Shown: positions 50,368-54,082 of the stretch, in pieces
Position numbering within the stretch: position 1 is the stretch's first letter
How the letters are laid out: every line of letters starts with the position of its first letter
Origin: Clostridiales bacterium
GTDB taxonomy: Bacteria; Bacillota; Clostridia; Peptostreptococcales; Acidaminobacteraceae
Length of the DNA stretch: 54,082 bases
Assembly (NCBI GenBank): GCA_030445805.1
Contig: JASUTA010000001.1
Span: forward strand, 1-54,082
Reading direction: 5' to 3'
Notes under the pieces: model-generated
The model's database searches: none
The model's input: only the letters and a program-made list of their open reading frames with translations
Told to the model about the DNA's origin: nothing
Translations under genes and position numbers: made by a program

Positions 50368-51410
50368 CCGTTCAACAACTTAGCGACATCATGGATGCTC
50401 TGATGATTTTTCATTGGGGCATTTTAAATATAGACGATTCTGCTCGCGACTGGATTCGGGAACGCGAAGCCGAAGTTCTGAGGACGCATGCCATGCCGGA
50501 ATTTACGGAACAGGCGGACAAGCGCCGGTTGCCGGAATGGGTCAAGGGCATTCTATCCGTGGCGATTCCCTACGATTATCTCGGCATGGCCCCGTACAAT
50601 CGCCCGGGGTTAGTGGACAGCTACGCTTGGGCGGCGGATTATCACCGCGTTCTTAAAGGCCTTTTATCCGAGATGGACAGCGCTGTCAGAAACGCTTCGG
50701 AAGACGCGGATTTTTCGGAGAAGGCGGAGGTTTTGCCGTGTGTCGATACATCGCCGTATATGGATCGGGAGATTGGGCTTTATACGGGCCTGGGCAAGTT
50801 TGGAAAAAATCACTTTCTAATTCATAAAACACTGGGGACTCACTTTTTTATCGGGTATCTATTATACAATCGGCCGCTTCCCGTGAGCGATTTGAAGGTG
50901 GGATTGCCGGAAGCGCTTGATGTGATGTATCCGGAATGCATTACCTGCGATCGATGCGTTGTTGCGTGCCCGGCTGAGATTTGCGGATTCGGCCCCATGG
51001 CACATGAGCGCTGTGTTTCGGCTCTGACCCAGACGGCCAGAATCTTGACGGAAGGGGAAATGAAGCGCATCGGCAATCATCTGTACGGGTGCAGTATCTG
51101 CCAGCGCGTGTGTCCTGCGAATCGGGAAAATCGCGCGCATCCCTCTTTTGAGATTCATGAAGAAAATGTTCTTTCTCCGGAGGAAATGCTGTCGCTGAGC
51201 GGGAAACAATTTAAAGCGCGTTATGGTGATAAAGGGTTTTCGTGGCGCAGTCTTTGGATTTACAAACGCAATGCGCTGATTGTCCTGGGCAATACCGGGA
51301 AGCAGAAAGAGCGGGAACTGATTTTGTCACACCCTGAATTTGAACATGACGAGCGGCTGAAACTGTATTACAAATGGGCACTTCAGGAGATTGAACGGCG
51401 CCTTATATAG
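50364..51410 (+). CDS. queG: Epoxyqueuosine reductase
   Basis: Two ferredoxin-type clusters, CITCDRCVVACP and CSICQRVCP, plus C-terminal HEAT-like repeats. The ATG at 50364 overlaps the SBP stop (ATGA); the 50259 extension was rejected. Confidence 0.82.
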   Translation: MTVQQLSDIMDALMIFHWGILNIDDSARDWIREREAEVLRTHAMPEFTEQADKRRLPEWVKGILSVAIPYDYLGMAPYNRPGLVDSYAWAADYHRVLKGLLSEMDSAVRNASEDADFSEKAEVLPCVDTSPYMDREIGLYTGLGKFGKNHFLIHKTLGTHFFIGYLLYNRPLPVSDLKVGLPEALDVMYPECITCDRCVVACPAEICGFGPMAHERCVSALTQTARILTEGEMKRIGNHLYGCSICQRVCPANRENRAHPSFEIHEENVLSPEEMLSLSGKQFKARYGDKGFSWRSLWIYKRNALIVLGNTGKQKERELILSHPEFEHDERLKLYYKWALQEIERRLI

Positions 51411-51528
51411 AACAGACGTATTTTTGCGTTTTTGAACTCTTTGTCATAATTACAGAAGGGGGTGTCCTTGCATTTTCATCAAATGATATACTGTGGTTAA
51501 GCAGTGAATTTGAGAAGGAGGCTTTGTT

Positions 51529-52707
51529 ATGTCTGAACTGAAATATTTGCAAGATCAAGTCGATGCGCTTAAGGCGCAGGGGGTCTATCGCGTATTGCCG
51601 GTCTTAGAGGGTGCCAATGAAGCGGAAGTCATCTTGGACGGGAAAAAGGTCATCAATCTTTCTTCAAATAATTATTTGGGATTTGCGAATCATCCGCGAT
51701 TAAAACAAGCGGCGATCCGTGCCATTGAAACACACGGTGTCGGGGCGGGAGCGGTTCGAACCATTATCGGAAATATGGATCTTCATGAGGAATTGGAACA
51801 AAAATTGGCGGCATTTAAGAGAGAAGAAGCGGTCTTGGTATTTCAATCCGGCTTTAACTGTAATGCCGGGGTGATTCAAGCGGTTACGGATACAGGAGAT
51901 TTGATTTTATCGGATGCGTTGAATCACGCCAGTATTATTGACGGTGTAAAACTTTCCAAAGCGGACAGAGGGGTATTTGCACACAGCGATATGGCAGACC
52001 TTGAACGCATTTTAAAAGAGCGCCGCGATCAATACAGAAACTGTTTGATTATCACGGACGGCGTTTTCAGCATGGACGGGGACATTGCAAAGCTCCCTGA
52101 AATCGTTGCGCTGGCCGAGAAATACAATTGCATGACTTACGTGGATGATGCACACGGATCCGGAGTTCTCGGGGAAAGCGGACGCGGGACGGTGGATCAT
52201 TTCGGACTTCACGGGCGCGTGGATTTCAGCATCGGTACACTGTCAAAAGCCATTGGCGTCGTCGGCGGCTATGTGGCCGGTGGAAAAGTCATGAAAGAAT
52301 GGCTGCTCCATCGCGGGAGACCGCTTTTATTCAGTACGGCACTTCCGCCTGCAGCGATAGGAGCGATTATAGAGGCCGTGGATTTGCTCAGCGGCACTAC
52401 GGAGTATACCGATAAGCTTTGGGAAAATGCCAAGTTTTTTAAAGCGCGTATGAAGGCACTGGGGTTTGATATCGGTCATAGTGAAACGCCGATTACACCG
52501 GTGATTATCGGCGACGAAGCGAAGACCGTTGCTTTTTCCAAGCGGTTGTTTGAAGCCGGAGTCTTTGCTTCTCCGATTGTCTTTCCGACGGTTCCGACCG
52601 GAACGGGACGTGTGCGCTGTATGGTAACTGCCGGACATACAACCGAACAACTGGAACGCGCTGTTGCGGCCTTTGAACGCATCGGAAAAGAGATGGCGCT
52701 GATTTAG
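51529..52707 (+). CDS. kbl: Glycine C-acetyltransferase (2-amino-3-ketobutyrate CoA ligase)
   Basis: 392 aa, colinear with E. coli Kbl as I remember it: [47 protein letters not shown]-lysine. Confidence 0.85.
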   Translation: MSELKYLQDQVDALKAQGVYRVLPVLEGANEAEVILDGKKVINLSSNNYLGFANHPRLKQAAIRAIETHGVGAGAVRTIIGNMDLHEELEQKLAAFKREEAVLVFQSGFNCNAGVIQAVTDTGDLILSDALNHASIIDGVKLSKADRGVFAHSDMADLERILKERRDQYRNCLIITDGVFSMDGDIAKLPEIVALAEKYNCMTYVDDAHGSGVLGESGRGTVDHFGLHGRVDFSIGTLSKAIGVVGGYVAGGKVMKEWLLHRGRPLLFSTALPPAAIGAIIEAVDLLSGTTEYTDKLWENAKFFKARMKALGFDIGHSETPITPVIIGDEAKTVAFSKRLFEAGVFASPIVFPTVPTGTGRVRCMVTAGHTTEQLERAVAAFERIGKEMALI

Positions 52708-52798
52708 AGCCGTTGTGCCGCATTCCTTATAAAATTATTTATTAATTGCCTCAGAAGGGGTATAATGGTTCTAGAATGAACGTGGAGGGTGAATCGTT

Positions 52799-53704
52799 AT
52801 GGAAAAAAAAGAAGGGATTTTGTTAGAAAGCGGCACAGGCGAAGTTGAAATCTTGCATTTTACCGTCGCTGACGTACACTATGCGATTAATGTGGTTAAA
52901 GTGAAAGAATTGCTCCAAATTGAAAATGTTTCTAAGATCCCGAATGCTCATCCTGCCATTTCCGGCATTTCACTCATCCGCGGCGAAATGATTTCTATTG
53001 TGGATTTGACTTACGTACTGGAAGGTCGTAAGAGTGAAAAGGTTCAGAACGGGATGACGCTTGTTTGTGAATTCAACAAAATCAAAGTCGGTTTTGCCAT
53101 CGATCAAGTGCTCGGCATTCACCGAATCGGCTGGAACCAAATTTTCAAGCCGGACGATTTGACGGCAAATTCTCTGGTGATCGGAAATATCAACTTGAAT
53201 GAGCAAATCATCATGCTTTTGGATTTTGAAAAGATCGTTATGGACATCAACCCGACGACAGGCATTAATGCGGATCGTATCAAAGACGTGGTCGTTAAAG
53301 ACCGTTCGCATATCAAAGTAGCTTTGGCGGATGATTCTCCGATGATTCGCAAGGTGTTGCTCGACACGCTGACGAAATCCGGATTTACAAAACTGAAATT
53401 TTTTGATGACGGGATGCAGGCGTATGATTATTTGATGATGCTCGTCGACAAAAAAGGCGAACGCTTCACCGAGGATGTGGACCTTTTGATTACGGACATC
53501 GAAATGCCGCAATTGGACGGACATGCCCTGACGCGACGTATTAAAGAACATAAGATTTTGAAAACTTTGCCGGTTATTATTTTCTCCTCTTTGATCACGA
53601 GTGACTTGATGCATAAGGGAGATGCCGTCGGTGCGGATGCGCAAATGAGCAAGCCTGAAATTGAAAACCTCGTACGATTGATCGATAAAATATTGAATAT
53701 TTAA
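52799..53704 (+). CDS. cheV: Chemotaxis coupling protein CheV (CheW domain plus receiver)
   Basis: 301 aa with an N-terminal CheW-like domain and a C-terminal receiver (ADDSPMIRK, LLITDIEMPQLDG, SKP). Confidence 0.88.
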   Translation: MEKKEGILLESGTGEVEILHFTVADVHYAINVVKVKELLQIENVSKIPNAHPAISGISLIRGEMISIVDLTYVLEGRKSEKVQNGMTLVCEFNKIKVGFAIDQVLGIHRIGWNQIFKPDDLTANSLVIGNINLNEQIIMLLDFEKIVMDINPTTGINADRIKDVVVKDRSHIKVALADDSPMIRKVLLDTLTKSGFTKLKFFDDGMQAYDYLMMLVDKKGERFTEDVDLLITDIEMPQLDGHALTRRIKEHKILKTLPVIIFSSLITSDLMHKGDAVGADAQMSKPEIENLVRLIDKILNI

Positions 53705-53720
53705 GGGACCTATTACATCA

Positions 53721-53752
53721 AAACGCACGCTTTCAAAGCGTGCGTTTTTTAT
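53721..53752 (+). terminator. Rho-independent terminator after cheV
   Basis: AAACGCACGCTTT / AAAGCGTGCGTTT perfect 13-bp inverted repeat followed by TTTTAT. Confidence 0.88.
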
Positions 53753-53773
53753 TGCTGAAAATGCGCCTCGCGG

Positions 53774-53802
53774 TTGACGGGACAGGGGATATTGAGTATA
53801 AT
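53774..53802 (+). promoter_or_regulatory. Sigma-A-type promoter for the XRE-family gene
   Basis: TTGACG (53774..53779), 17-nt spacer, TATAAT (53797..53802). Confidence 0.6.
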
Positions 53803-53855
53803 AAATCGAATGAAAAGTTTAGTAATAATAAACACCGAGAAAAGGAGAGACGGTT

Positions 53856-54082
53856 GTGAATATCGGAGAAAAGATAAAACGATTAAGACTGGAAAACAAC
53901 CTTACCCAAGAAGAATTGGCAGATCGCTGTGAACTTTCAAAAGGCTTCATTTCTCAATTGGAACGGGATATGACTTCCCCATCCATTGCGAGCCTTGTGG
54001 ACATACTGGAGAGTTTGGGAACCAATCTCCAAACGTTTTTCAGCGAGACGGAAGAAGAGAAGATCGTTTTCAAAAAAGAGGA
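53856..54082 (+). CDS. XRE-family HTH regulator; the 3' end lies outside the window
   Basis: GTG at 53856 follows AAAGGAGAG. IGEKIKRLRLENNLTQEELADRCELSKGFISQLERD is a classic Cro/C1 HTH. The frame stays open to the window edge. Confidence 0.75.
   Translation, partial: MNIGEKIKRLRLENNLTQEELADRCELSKGFISQLERDMTSPSIASLVDILESLGTNLQTFFSETEEEKIVFKKE

Overview
This 54-kb window looks like core chromosome from a Bacillota (Clostridia/Tissierellia-like) genome. About 90% is coding and most genes are on the + strand. I recognise several conserved Firmicute blocks: pcrA-ligA; ilvD; rph-rdgB-ysnB-like phosphoesterase; a six-gene tRNA operon (Pro-Arg-His-Gln-Lys-Arg); ppx-ppk1-ppx behind an HD-GYP/GAF sensor gene; rluF; recX; tig-clpP-clpX-lon-engB-ppiB; fba; rsmF-like/rsuA; an RluA-family synthase; a long nucleoside kinase; a membrane PP2C phosphatase; an ArsR-like regulator, an orphan family-5 binding lipoprotein and queG; kbl; and cheV. 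I found no rRNA, CRISPR array, cas gene, transposase, integrase, phage gene or canonical defence system. The items worth follow-up are therefore non-canonical. (1) A 253-aa CARF-less protein with a Csm6/Csx1-like HEPN Rx6H signature is ATGA-coupled to an RluA pseudouridine synthase and sits directly upstream of a TGS/SAD-uridine-kinase fusion. (2) The lon leader holds five phased 15-bp repeats, each carrying ATG directly followed by a stop, and the lon ATG is in the same register. (3) A soluble FliK-C-like / FlhB-C-like gene pair, translationally coupled, lies next to a YaaR (DUF327) gene and away from any flagellar operon. (4) At least seven unrelated short tandem-repeat arrays occur in intergenic DNA. 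One is an in-frame triplication of the last seven ilvD codons including the stop, and one consists of three ATG-ACG-ANT-TGA mini-ORFs. Functional calls rest on remembered family motifs and synteny; I ran no database search.
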